Source: Verrucomicrobiota bacterium
GTDB taxonomy: Bacteria; Verrucomicrobiota; Verrucomicrobiia; Opitutales; Seribacteraceae
Assembly: GCA_027622665.1 (NCBI GenBank)
Contig: JAQBYT010000011.1
Coordinates: 36,815-100,814 of the forward strand
DNA length: 64,000 nt
Direction: 5' to 3'
Shown here: positions 19,636-29,092 of the stretch, piece by piece
Numbering within the stretch: position 1 is the first letter of the stretch
Layout: each line of letters starts with the position of its first letter
Notes under the pieces: model-generated
What the model was told of the DNA's origin: nothing
Databases searched by the model: none
What the model saw: the letters and a program-made list of their open reading frames with translations, nothing else
Translations under genes and position numbers: made by a program

Positions 19636-21018
19636 CTAGCCTAGCTGGGCAGACAAGTTCCAGACGAGCCAGACAACCGTGGCGTAAATAGGAAAGGCCA
19701 TCGCCTGCTTAAAGGATTCCATCCAAGCTCCCGGCTTGGGCAAGCGACTTATCCAGTTCGGCATCAATGATAAGAGCAGATAGGGACAGGCCAATCCCAA
19801 TCCGACGCAGGTGAACACGGCAATGGCAGGCACCCACGCCATCGCCAAGGCAGCACCCACGGCGACACCGAGGAAAGGCGCCATGCAGGGCGTGGCCACC
19901 ACTACGGCCAAGACGCCCGAAAAGAAGGATCCCGCATAACCCGATTGCCGGCTAAGCTGGGATCCAGTGCCGATGAGTGACTGCCCGATCTCGAAAACAC
20001 CGCTAAGACTCAAGGCGAAAATCAAAAGCACGAGCGCCAAAATAAAAACGAAACCTGGTTCCTGCAATTGAAAGCCCCACCCCAATTCCTGCTTCATCGT
20101 ATTACGCAACCACAGAAGAACACCGACTAAAAGCCAAAAGGAGATCAAGACCCCTGCTGTAAAGATGAAACCGTGACGAGCAATCTTCTTCCTATCTTCT
20201 CCCGCCTGTTTGACAAACCCCATGATTTTTAGTCCAAGCACGGGAAATACGCACGGCATCAAATTCAGGATTAGACCTCCGAGAAAGGCAAATCCAAGTA
20301 TAGCTACAAACCCTTGCTCACCCGGTTCCAAGTAAGGTTTTCCCGTCTCAAGAACATCCAATACCATGGCCTCCGTCAAGGCCTCCGGCATCAGAATAGG
20401 CGGGGGGGGCAATGCTTTTGGATCGTGAGCCTTGTGATAGATATTTAGAGGAACGCCCTCGCGCCCATAGCTTTGCAACGCATTAAGAATGACAGGATTT
20501 TTATCCGTCCAATCCGCCTTGAGTAGCACAATATCCAATTCCCGTATCTTACGGATTACGTCTTCGTAATGAAACACGCGCTTGTTCACCTGACAGCTCC
20601 AACACCACTTAGCCGTATAATCGACGTAAACAGCCTGCCCTGCGTCCTGCAGTTCACGCTCGCGGGCAGGAGTCCACTTCTCCCATTGAAGTGCGTTCTG
20701 ATCCTCCTTTTCCGTAGGGTAACCAAGCCAAACGCCGCTAGCCAACAAAGAGAAGGACACGAACCAAGCCTTCCGACGAGTTGGAGAGGACATCCCAAGA
20801 CCTCCCCAACGGCCATACACCCAAGTTGCCATAGATGCCAAAACCAAACCTAGAAGTACCCATAACGTCGAATAATCGTCTGTGATTACTTCGGGAATGG
20901 TAGAAACTTTGGGGGCGGTATCTGAAAAAGCAATCGCTGCCATTCCACACAACAGGCTTCCGAGAAAAAGAAGTCTACGTGAGACCAGTATCGGCACGGA
21001 AAGCATCCTCATCAACAC
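19636..21018 (-). CDS. DsbD/CcdA-type thiol:disulfide interchange protein, circularly permuted (2 TM + thioredoxin domain before the membrane core)
   Basis: VDYTAKWCWSCQVNK thioredoxin motif (C139/C142) precedes GGLILNLMPCVFPVL (C256), ATPC (C378) and LPKPGAWM. Confidence 0.9.
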   Translation of the reverse strand: MLMRMLSVPILVSRRLLFLGSLLCGMAAIAFSDTAPKVSTIPEVITDDYSTLWVLLGLVLASMATWVYGRWGGLGMSSPTRRKAWFVSFSLLASGVWLGYPTEKEDQNALQWEKWTPARERELQDAGQAVYVDYTAKWCWSCQVNKRVFHYEDVIRKIRELDIVLLKADWTDKNPVILNALQSYGREGVPLNIYHKAHDPKALPPPPILMPEALTEAMVLDVLETGKPYLEPGEQGFVAILGFAFLGGLILNLMPCVFPVLGLKIMGFVKQAGEDRKKIARHGFIFTAGVLISFWLLVGVLLWLRNTMKQELGWGFQLQEPGFVFILALVLLIFALSLSGVFEIGQSLIGTGSQLSRQSGYAGSFFSGVLAVVVATPCMAPFLGVAVGAALAMAWVPAIAVFTCVGLGLACPYLLLSLMPNWISRLPKPGAWMESFKQAMAFPIYATVVWLVWNLSAQLG

Positions 21019-21027
21019 GAAACCGAA

Positions 21028-22500
21028 TCAGGGCGTAGTCGCGTTGATGAACGTTAGCTGCCCTTTGGCCATACGTGCAAACTCGCCCGCAGTCTCCGTC
21101 AAATCAGCAGGCCAAGTCACGCCCTCGGGTAAAGCCACAACGAAATGAACGATTGGCAGATGAGTTTCTTCCTTGTTCAAGGCGAGACGAAAGTTCTCAT
21201 AAACATCGTGCCAAGGCCACGAACCACTGGATGACACCCTAGGTTTGGGCGGCAAGGTCATTTGAAGACGGGCCAAGGCAAGAAGTTCCAATTCATCTTT
21301 GGTTGTGGGGGTCACCTCATCAGCCTTCATGGAAGCTAGCAACCATTTGACGGCAGTGAGACGAAGAGTCTTTGTCTGTCGCTCCCATTTTTTTAAGTCT
21401 TCGGGATCGCTTGCTTCCTTCAAACCAGATTGATCGGACCCGACGACCGCAAAGTCCTGAGGACGCATCGAAGAGCATTCCCCTGTCAAAACAAAGACCG
21501 CATCAGGCTCATAGTTTTTTATCGCACAGTAAAGAGCATACCAGGGACCTACGGTGCCTGGAGGTGGTTTATCCACAATGTCACTATCATTAGGACGCCG
21601 AATTGAAGCAGCATGCTCATTCTCGTAAGGTTCCCCAATTCCCTTAATCCACTTCAAAGCAAGACTTTTGTTAGCAGAACTGGCTGGAAGAATGGTTTTG
21701 CCGAATATGTCAACTTCCCTCAAGTTACGAAAGATCAAGAGGTTAAAGTAAGACTTTGCAGAAAGTCCGGAGATTGCCAATTGCAACTTATTTTTCAATT
21801 CGCGAAACTGTTCGACTCGATTACCTCGGGTCATGTAGTCGCTTGCGTCCAAGGCAAAAACGATCTGGCGGCCGAGGGTACGGACTCCGAAAGCATCGAT
21901 CTCGTAGGTTGGTCGAGCTCTTCCGGGCAATCCGGAAAACAACGGCGCTGTCGTAGGCGAGGGAACTGAGACCGTATCAACCGGCACCGGAGAAGGATCG
22001 ACCGGAGCGTTCGAACCCGTGGAAGTTAAAGCATCTTGTTCCGCAGTAGAAGATGTTGCCGCAAGCAACAATGACTCCAAAGTTTCGCCTCCCTTCCGAT
22101 CGGCACCGGTCAGGGTCGCAGATGAATGACTCGATACGGGAGAAGATGATAGTTCAGCTGTAGATGTCACTTCATGTATCGGCAAAAAGCTTCCAAAATC
22201 GATCCATTTCATTTGCCATGCAAGTGTAGCACTCACGACCGCAAGATTCGCCAAGATGCTGAGAGTCAGGACGAGCTTCGAAAACCATCCACCTCCTGAA
22301 GATTTGTTCGATTTCGTAGCGACAATACCGTACCCCGGCTCGAAAACTTTCCCGCCATTGGTAACAAGATGTTCACGCCAAGCGTCGAAATCCGTTTCCG
22401 AGCACTCGTATTTCTTGCATTGCTCGTCCTTGGATATACTGCGGATAATCGATTCCAGTACGATCCGCAGTTTTTCTTCTCCACTAAAATGCTTTGCCAT
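21028..22500 (-). CDS. Membrane protein: IS3-OrfA-like HTH, TM helix, Ser/Pro/Thr linker and vWA-like domain
   Basis: N-terminal FSGEEKLRIVLE...CKKYECSETDFDAW; TM LVLTLSILANLAVVSATLAW; then IVFALDAS, FNLLIF and PDAVFVLT. Confidence 0.65.
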   Translation of the reverse strand: MAKHFSGEEKLRIVLESIIRSISKDEQCKKYECSETDFDAWREHLVTNGGKVFEPGYGIVATKSNKSSGGGWFSKLVLTLSILANLAVVSATLAWQMKWIDFGSFLPIHEVTSTAELSSSPVSSHSSATLTGADRKGGETLESLLLAATSSTAEQDALTSTGSNAPVDPSPVPVDTVSVPSPTTAPLFSGLPGRARPTYEIDAFGVRTLGRQIVFALDASDYMTRGNRVEQFRELKNKLQLAISGLSAKSYFNLLIFRNLREVDIFGKTILPASSANKSLALKWIKGIGEPYENEHAASIRRPNDSDIVDKPPPGTVGPWYALYCAIKNYEPDAVFVLTGECSSMRPQDFAVVGSDQSGLKEASDPEDLKKWERQTKTLRLTAVKWLLASMKADEVTPTTKDELELLALARLQMTLPPKPRVSSSGSWPWHDVYENFRLALNKEETHLPIVHFVVALPEGVTWPADLTETAGEFARMAKGQLTFINATTP

Positions 22501-22526
22501 TAGAAATCAGTTTACAACAGATATAC

Positions 22527-23264
22527 TTAACCGCCAAATTTTTCGCACGCAACTGCCAATGCGCAAATAGCCGCCGTCTCTACTTTCATTGTATGAGGGC
22601 CCAAGCGGACGGGAACAAACCCTGTATCCTCCGCAAGTTTTTTCTCCGCGTCGGAAAACCCCCCTTCCGGACCGATCGCAAAAGCAATGTCCGTTGCGGA
22701 ACTCTTGGGCAGCGAAGAAACGGAAACTGCATTAACTCCAAGACAGCCGATCAATCGGACACCACCGTCCGGTAATTCTTCCAACCACTGATCGAAAGAG
22801 AGAGGTTTCCGGATCACGGGCAACCATGGATTCCCCGACTGTTTGCAAGCCTCTGTCGTAATTCGCGACCACTTCCCCATCTTTGCGTCTACCCGATCCT
22901 CCACATTCGCGACCTCGCCGTGTTCCGAAAATAGCGGACTTATAAACGAAACTCCGAGCTCTGTGAGTGGCCGAACGATATCATCCATTCTACCACCCTT
23001 TGGTAGAGAGACCCCGAGATCGAAGGCCACTCGAGGTTTCTCGACCTGAACGGATTCAAGATTTTTCAGAACAACAACCCTTCCGTTCACGTCAACGACC
23101 TCAGTCCGAAAAATTGACCCTCGCCCGTCCAACACCTCGACCGCATTTCCCACTCCAACCCGTAAAACTCTGGAAAGATGACGACTGTCCTCTCCCTGCA
23201 AGTGAAACATGCCTTCCTCCGATGGAAGGTCAACCGGTATGAATACTCGGTAGGTCCGGCTCAT
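22527..23264 (-). CDS. rsmE: 16S rRNA m3U1498 methyltransferase
   Basis: HLSRVLR, TELGV, EACKQSG, IGPEGGFS, LGPHTMKVETA. Confidence 0.92.
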   Translation of the reverse strand: MSRTYRVFIPVDLPSEEGMFHLQGEDSRHLSRVLRVGVGNAVEVLDGRGSIFRTEVVDVNGRVVVLKNLESVQVEKPRVAFDLGVSLPKGGRMDDIVRPLTELGVSFISPLFSEHGEVANVEDRVDAKMGKWSRITTEACKQSGNPWLPVIRKPLSFDQWLEELPDGGVRLIGCLGVNAVSVSSLPKSSATDIAFAIGPEGGFSDAEKKLAEDTGFVPVRLGPHTMKVETAAICALAVACEKFGG

Positions 23265-23451
23265 TTTTTGTCGAATGCGATTGACCATTCCTGCAGGAAT
23301 CCGACAACGAGTACAACAAAAAGCACTATCCAAAGACGCTCATCTTAGTAACCAAACAATGATATGAAGTCATTCAGTACTTCAGTACCATGAAAACGCA
23401 TTTAATAAGACCGGGAGTTCCACATCGAAGTTCAATAAATCTTCTAATCAG

Positions 23452-24024
23452 ATGAGAATTTCAGGAGGGAAAGCTAAAGGCATAAAACTGAGGATACCGA
23501 AAGGCAGTCCCCTGCGACCTGCGGCAGAACCAGTTCGCGAACGTTTATTTTCCTCATTGGGAGATCTCGTGTCAGGTGCGAAATTCCTCGATCTCTTTGC
23601 GGGGACAGGTTCCTATGGATTGGAAGCACTCAGTCGTGGAGCCGAGAGCGGGGTCTTCATCGAGCAAGACTTCAACACGGCATCATGCCTTCGAAACAAT
23701 CTGGCCGCCGTATGCAAGAGCGCCAATGTTTCTCCCGAAAGTTTTGAAGTGATAAGTGGTGATGCCCTCCGAGCCAAACCTCGCCTAGCAGGACCATTCG
23801 AGCTCATATTCGCCGACCCCCCCTACGCCATTCTCATGAAAATTGCTCCAAAGCTCTTTGCTCGGATACTTGAAGACGGTCTGGCGCACAAAAGTTCCCT
23901 GCTCATTTTGGAGTTGCCCGGCGAGGTGGAGCTAGATGCGGAAGGCTGGCAAAGCGAACGTCGATTGGGGAAAGCGCGCAAGGGAGGGCCAACCCTAGCT
24001 CTTTTTCGACCGACTTCCGCCTAA
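23452..24024 (+). CDS. rsmD: RsmD family rRNA methyltransferase
   Basis: MRISGG, LDLFAGTGSYGLEALSRGA, FADPPY. Confidence 0.92.
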   Translation: MRISGGKAKGIKLRIPKGSPLRPAAEPVRERLFSSLGDLVSGAKFLDLFAGTGSYGLEALSRGAESGVFIEQDFNTASCLRNNLAAVCKSANVSPESFEVISGDALRAKPRLAGPFELIFADPPYAILMKIAPKLFARILEDGLAHKSSLLILELPGEVELDAEGWQSERRLGKARKGGPTLALFRPTSA

Positions 24025-24028
24025 CCCT

Positions 24029-24748
24029 TCACCAATACTCGGACGAAAGTATTCCTAGAGCGACAACGCAGGCTGTTTCTTCCCGAAGAACACGAGGACC
24101 AAGGTGGCGAAATTCGAATTCCGATTCTCTCAGCAGGTCACGTTCTCGGGCGGACCAACCACGTTCAGGGCCAACGGCGAGCTGGCACGAGGTCCGCGAA
24201 AGGGCAGAATCAGCAAAAGCCAGCGGGGCAGCGGCTTCGTATACGTCGAGGGCGAAACGGCTACCGGCACGAGGTGATTCGGCAAGAGCGGCTTCGATAT
24301 TAGGATGACGGTTCACGACGGGAAGAAAAGAAGAGAAAGCTTGTTCGACGCCACGAAGGAGATGGCGACGCCACTCGCCGGAACTCCAAAGTTTGCTGTC
24401 GGCATAGGAAGGCTCGCCTTTGTCAGTTCCAAAAAAATCCATTGCCTCGACGCCTAAACTGGCTGCCTGCTGAAGGATTTTTCTAGCCGTCTGTGGTCTG
24501 GGAAGACCGACAAGAAGACGAATTGGAATTCGATCGTCCTCAATACTTTCTTGCCAAAGAAAGGAAAGGAGCAATCCAGCGGTACCATCCTTCAATATAG
24601 TCGCTTTACCCTTGGGACCATTTACGATGGCAACGTCGAAGTCGTCTCCGGGCAAACGTCTCAACACCTCTCTGACATGTACGACCCGGGGATCTCCAAT
24701 GGGCAAAAGGATCTCGTTTGCCTGATCTTCAAAGAGTAAAAGGTTCAA
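24029..24748 (-). CDS. RsmE-family SPOUT methyltransferase, second paralog
   Basis: HVREVLR, GLPRPQ, VGPERGWS, LGPRVLREETA; TTG start overlaps the upstream TGA. Confidence 0.85.
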   Translation of the reverse strand: MNLLLFEDQANEILLPIGDPRVVHVREVLRRLPGDDFDVAIVNGPKGKATILKDGTAGLLLSFLWQESIEDDRIPIRLLVGLPRPQTARKILQQAASLGVEAMDFFGTDKGEPSYADSKLWSSGEWRRHLLRGVEQAFSSFLPVVNRHPNIEAALAESPRAGSRFALDVYEAAAPLAFADSALSRTSCQLAVGPERGWSARERDLLRESEFEFRHLGPRVLREETACVVALGILSSEYW

Positions 24749-26499
24749 AGCGGAGCAAGCCAAAGAGTCTGGTAAGGTCTCAGAACAACACCCTCCGGGC
24801 CAATGGCGATATCGGAACCGCCTGCAAGATCCCGAACTTTTCCATCGAGAAAAAGTTCCTCGAGATGGATTGCTCCGGGAATAGGAACAGGGGCATTCGT
24901 GAAATTGAAGAGACAAATAACAGTTTGGGAACCATCGAGAGAAGTGCGCTCGACGGCAAACAGATCGGGACCGTATTCCTTAATGACCTGAGGTGCATCA
25001 GGATGAAACGCAGGACAGGATGCCCGACGTCGCAGCAGGCGCGACAACCAGTCGAAAACCCGAGCACCGAGACATTCGGCATCATCGAGAACTTCCGCAA
25101 GTTCACCGTGCTCCCATTTTCGGCGGTTGATACTCCGATTGTGGCCGGTTTCCTCAACCCCTTGAACATGGTTGGGAGTTGCGGTGAGAGAATGGAAATA
25201 AACAGCGGGAACCCCTTGCATGGCAAGAGCCACCGCTTGGGAACAAAGGAAACGAGCTTCTCCAACTGCATCGTCTGCCGGTTCGGCAAGGGCGCCGAAG
25301 TAGGTAACATTTAATTCGTAGGGAACCTCGGAACCGTCTTCAAGCGACCTCATGGAGACAAGCCCCCCACGCGCCTCGACCTTTTCGGCAAGGGCAAGGA
25401 TTTCTTCTTGTGAAAGTATGCCTTCGAGAGGGCGAACTCCGATTCCGTCGTGACTGGCGGTAAAATTAAGGAAGGAGCAACCGCGAGGCGGAGGTGCCAA
25501 ATGGGTCGCCCATTCAGTAAGATGAGCGGCGGTGCCGTTGAGCAAACCGTGCAAGACAAGGGGAGGTAGAGCGAACTGATAAACCATGTGAGCCTCGTCA
25601 CCTCGACCAAAATAACTTATGTTGTCATCATGCGGAACATTGGTTTCCGTCAAGATGATGACGTCGGGGGCAATGACTTCCAGAAAGTTCCGCAAGAGCT
25701 TAACCACCTCGTGGGTCTTAGGCAGATGCAAGCAGTTCGTGCCGATTTCTTTCCAAAGAAAAGCCACCGCATCCAGTCGCAGAATCCGGCTACCTGCGGA
25801 AACGTATTTCATTATAATGTCGAGAAACTCGAAGAGCAGATCGGGAGAACGCCAATCCAGATCGACTTGATCGGAACTGAAAGTGGTCCACACGTAACGC
25901 TCGCCATCGCGTGTGGGGGTAGGAGTAAGGAGAGGAGAAGAACGGGGTCTGACGACAGCCGTGAGATCGGCCTCCGGGTCTTCTTCTCGAATATAGTTGA
26001 GAGCAGGTTCAATTCCGGAGACATAATCCAGAAACCAGTCACTTCCTGCGGAACAGTGATTGAGCACGAGATCGAACATTAGATCGAACTCACCTGAAAA
26101 GCTCCGAACATGCTCCCAATCCCCGTAGCGCTCGTCCACCTCACGATAATCGATGACGGAAAAACCATCGTCGGAAGACCAAGGGTAAAAAGGCAGAAGA
26201 TGTACTATGGAAAAGACGCCTTTCAAACGCTCAGTGCAAAAGTGGCGGAGAGTCTCAAGGGGAACCTCGCCTTTTTCGTAAACCATGTCGGCATAGGTAA
26301 TGAGGACGGCGTCCTTCTCGCTCCACAAACAATCTGTCCGAGGAGCATCGATTCCCACTCCATAGCGACCGAGGATGTGATAAAAACGCTCAAGCAATTG
26401 GTCCGCGACGGTAGCTCCGTATAACTTTTGAAAGCGACGGCGAATAGTCTTCAACTTGGAGTTGGAGACACGCTTCACGATGGACGAGATGCTGTTCAT
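24745..26499 (-). CDS. GH13_18 sugar phosphorylase, likely glucosylglycerate phosphorylase (YcjM-like)
   Basis: LITYAD, SSDDGFSVIDY, RLDAVAFLWK, TETNV, ASHDGIG and YELN. ETN and YE(L/I)N are typical of glucosylglycerate phosphorylases rather than sucrose phosphorylases. Confidence 0.85.
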   Translation of the reverse strand: MNSISSIVKRVSNSKLKTIRRRFQKLYGATVADQLLERFYHILGRYGVGIDAPRTDCLWSEKDAVLITYADMVYEKGEVPLETLRHFCTERLKGVFSIVHLLPFYPWSSDDGFSVIDYREVDERYGDWEHVRSFSGEFDLMFDLVLNHCSAGSDWFLDYVSGIEPALNYIREEDPEADLTAVVRPRSSPLLTPTPTRDGERYVWTTFSSDQVDLDWRSPDLLFEFLDIIMKYVSAGSRILRLDAVAFLWKEIGTNCLHLPKTHEVVKLLRNFLEVIAPDVIILTETNVPHDDNISYFGRGDEAHMVYQFALPPLVLHGLLNGTAAHLTEWATHLAPPPRGCSFLNFTASHDGIGVRPLEGILSQEEILALAEKVEARGGLVSMRSLEDGSEVPYELNVTYFGALAEPADDAVGEARFLCSQAVALAMQGVPAVYFHSLTATPNHVQGVEETGHNRSINRRKWEHGELAEVLDDAECLGARVFDWLSRLLRRRASCPAFHPDAPQVIKEYGPDLFAVERTSLDGSQTVICLFNFTNAPVPIPGAIHLEELFLDGKVRDLAGGSDIAIGPEGVVLRPYQTLWLAPL

Positions 26500-26508
26500 T
26501 TCAAACGA

Positions 26509-27765
26509 CTAATAGCCAGTGAGGCTTGAGATAAAGGCTCGCAGGTTACTGCGAACGACAGAGTAGGAGTAAAATTGCCGAGCAATCTCGTAGTTGTGAT
26601 TCACCATTTCGTTTCTGTAAGATTCGTTGTGGAGAACTCGTCGGACGTGGTCGGCAAGGGATGGAGAAACGAAACCGTCCATCGTTAGCAGGCGAAAGCC
26701 TTTCGGTTCGATGTCGCGGACAAAGATGGAATAGCGGTTGATCAGGACGGGTTTGCGGAAATAAACCGCCTCAAGAAGAGCATTGCCAAAGCCTTCGTAT
26801 ATGCTCGGGTAAGTAACGAAATCAGCGTGAGGATAAAGGTCCCACAGGGTGTACACCTTTCGACCCTTCGAATCACGCTGCCGCACTTCGCCCACCCGGT
26901 CGGCGACCAAGCGGAGGTCTACGCCTTCTTCTTTGGCGAGTTGCTTGAGCATCCCGTAATACTCGTAACCCTCGTCACCTGCTTCATGAGAAATGACCAG
27001 TTTGCACTTTGGGTTTTTGAGAAGACTCACCAATTTGATGGATTGCTCGATCCCTTTGCGAGGGACAACCCGAGTTGGCTGAAGAATGAAAAAGTCATCG
27101 GGAGCCAACCCCAACTCCTGCCGCACGTCGGCGGCGTAGTCGTCGGGCGGCGCGGGTGGGTTGTCGAAATCAAAGACATTGGGAATCACCAAAGAAGAAA
27201 TACCCTTGCGGAGGGCAAGTTGCTCCTGAGCTTCCTGATTAATTACCACATCGCGCATATTCGCAAGATCAGGGGGGAAGGACATATCTAGATATTCGGG
27301 CACTGCATTCACGGAGAACCGCGTGCGCTCCCAGTAGAAATCATGGTGGTGGGCAATGGCCGGCATACGGGTCTCGGAGAGAAACTCCGTCAGGGCAATC
27401 CCCAAGGGAACGTGCATCGGAATAGCCAGCACGTTTTGAGGAATAAGGATGTCTATCTCGAACTGCTCTACGAATTGATAAAGGGTACCCTTTATGTATT
27501 CCGAAAGATCTCTAATTCGTTCGGTCAGTAAACGACTGCGACGCTCGGTCCCCCAGATACGTTCGTTTATCCACTTGTTCTCGGAAAACCCGAAGTAAGC
27601 CTCGGGCACGACATGACTGATGTCAGCTTCACGATCACTTCTGCCACTGTACCAAAAGCTGACGTGTCTATCTTCCCAAAGAACTTCCGCCCATTTGGCG
27701 CTCTCGAGAGAAACCCCGTCCTGCCCCGCAAAACGAGTAGAGACAAATCCGATTTTTTTTGACAT
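26509..27765 (-). CDS. GT4 glycosyltransferase, mannosylglucosylglycerate synthase (MggS)-like
   Basis: RFAGQDGVSLESAKW, HHHDFYWER, QPTRVVPRKGIE, YPSIYEGFGNALLEA. Confidence 0.8.
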   Translation of the reverse strand: MSKKIGFVSTRFAGQDGVSLESAKWAEVLWEDRHVSFWYSGRSDREADISHVVPEAYFGFSENKWINERIWGTERRSRLLTERIRDLSEYIKGTLYQFVEQFEIDILIPQNVLAIPMHVPLGIALTEFLSETRMPAIAHHHDFYWERTRFSVNAVPEYLDMSFPPDLANMRDVVINQEAQEQLALRKGISSLVIPNVFDFDNPPAPPDDYAADVRQELGLAPDDFFILQPTRVVPRKGIEQSIKLVSLLKNPKCKLVISHEAGDEGYEYYGMLKQLAKEEGVDLRLVADRVGEVRQRDSKGRKVYTLWDLYPHADFVTYPSIYEGFGNALLEAVYFRKPVLINRYSIFVRDIEPKGFRLLTMDGFVSPSLADHVRRVLHNESYRNEMVNHNYEIARQFYSYSVVRSNLRAFISSLTGY

Positions 27766-27904
27766 GAGATGCTACAAAAATCGCTCTTGCGGCGACTTGA
27801 GTAAACCCATGTCCAAATGACCAAAGTTTTTCAACAACAAAGACCTCTCGAAAACTTTGACGTGGCCAGTTCGGCTCCTTTTTCCTAAAGGCAAGGAAAC
27901 AAAC

Positions 27905-29092
27905 ATGGAGAGCAAACTTATCAACGACGAAGAAACTCTAGCCAAACTCTTGGCGGAAATTCCCGGACAAGTCGAAAGACTAAGTGCAGTTCGAGAAGAA
28001 CTGCTCGCGAACGCAGTTCTGTTAGGCGAAATTCCTTCCCCTACCTTTGGAGAAGGAGACAGGATACGCTTCGTCATCGATCGATTTCGGGAAAACGACT
28101 TAGTTGCACCCGCCATCGATGATTGCGGAAACGCCTCGGCCCTTCTCCCCGGTTCCGAGGGAGAAAACACCATTCTCGTCATGGCTCACGCCGATACCGT
28201 CTTTGATCACGAAACCAACCACGCAATGTGCGTGGGTTCTGACAGAATCATAGGTCCGGGCATCGCGGACAATGCCATCGGTCTCTCCTCTATTCTAACC
28301 CTCCCCGCACTCCTCGACTCACTTGGCCTCAAACTTAAGGACGACCTCCTTCTCCTCGCCAACGTCAAAAGCCTCGGTCGAGGAAATCTCGAAGGCGCCC
28401 ATCACTTTCTGGAAACCACCCAACGGCCGTTTCGAGCCGGCATCTGCGTGGAAGGAGCGACACAAGGACGCTTGAGCTACTCCGGCCTAGGTGCCTTGCG
28501 ATGCGAGATCAGCTTGCGAATCCCAGGCGATTACGACTGGAACCGATTCGGAGCGTCCGGTGCCATAGCCCACCTTTCTCGCTTAGTCGGGCGAATCATG
28601 GAAATACCGGTGCCGCGCGAGCCAAAGACAAGTGTCGTTTTTGGCGGACTCCGTTGCGGATCCACCTACAACACCGTTCCCAAACGCGGCTCGCTTCGCT
28701 TCGAAATCACTAGCGAGGCCGACACCGTAGTGACCGATCTGGAGAGTCAAGTCCGAGATCTCTCCGAGGAGTTCTCCATGGAATCCGGCACCGAAGTAAA
28801 ACTTGAAATCGTGGCCCGACGACCCAACTGCGGTATTCCTTTCACCCATCCATTGGTCAAGACTACCCGTGCAATCATGGACTCCCTCGCAATCACTCCC
28901 AAGGTGGATCCAAGTACGGGAGACCTAAACGCAATCGTCCAAGCAGGTCACCCCGGCGTAACCCTCGGACTCACCACTGCCGAAAACCTTCGCGACGAAA
29001 ACGAAACCGTACATCTGGAACCACTATTCAAGGGTCTCGCTCAGCTGATGGCACTCTTGAAAGCGATCGATGAGGGACTTTGCGACGCATGA
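27905..29092 (+). CDS. M20/M25/M40 metallohydrolase-family protein with a degenerate active site
   Basis: IPSPTFGE, DDCGN, AHADTVF and GPGIADN are present; the EE motif and the last His ligand are absent. Confidence 0.8.
   Translation: MESKLINDEETLAKLLAEIPGQVERLSAVREELLANAVLLGEIPSPTFGEGDRIRFVIDRFRENDLVAPAIDDCGNASALLPGSEGENTILVMAHADTVFDHETNHAMCVGSDRIIGPGIADNAIGLSSILTLPALLDSLGLKLKDDLLLLANVKSLGRGNLEGAHHFLETTQRPFRAGICVEGATQGRLSYSGLGALRCEISLRIPGDYDWNRFGASGAIAHLSRLVGRIMEIPVPREPKTSVVFGGLRCGSTYNTVPKRGSLRFEITSEADTVVTDLESQVRDLSEEFSMESGTEVKLEIVARRPNCGIPFTHPLVKTTRAIMDSLAITPKVDPSTGDLNAIVQAGHPGVTLGLTTAENLRDENETVHLEPLFKGLAQLMALLKAIDEGLCDA

Noticed and set aside
22330..22500. IS3 insertion sequence
   Set aside because: Only an OrfA-like HTH fused in frame to a membrane protein; no integrase domain, inverted repeats or target duplication seen.
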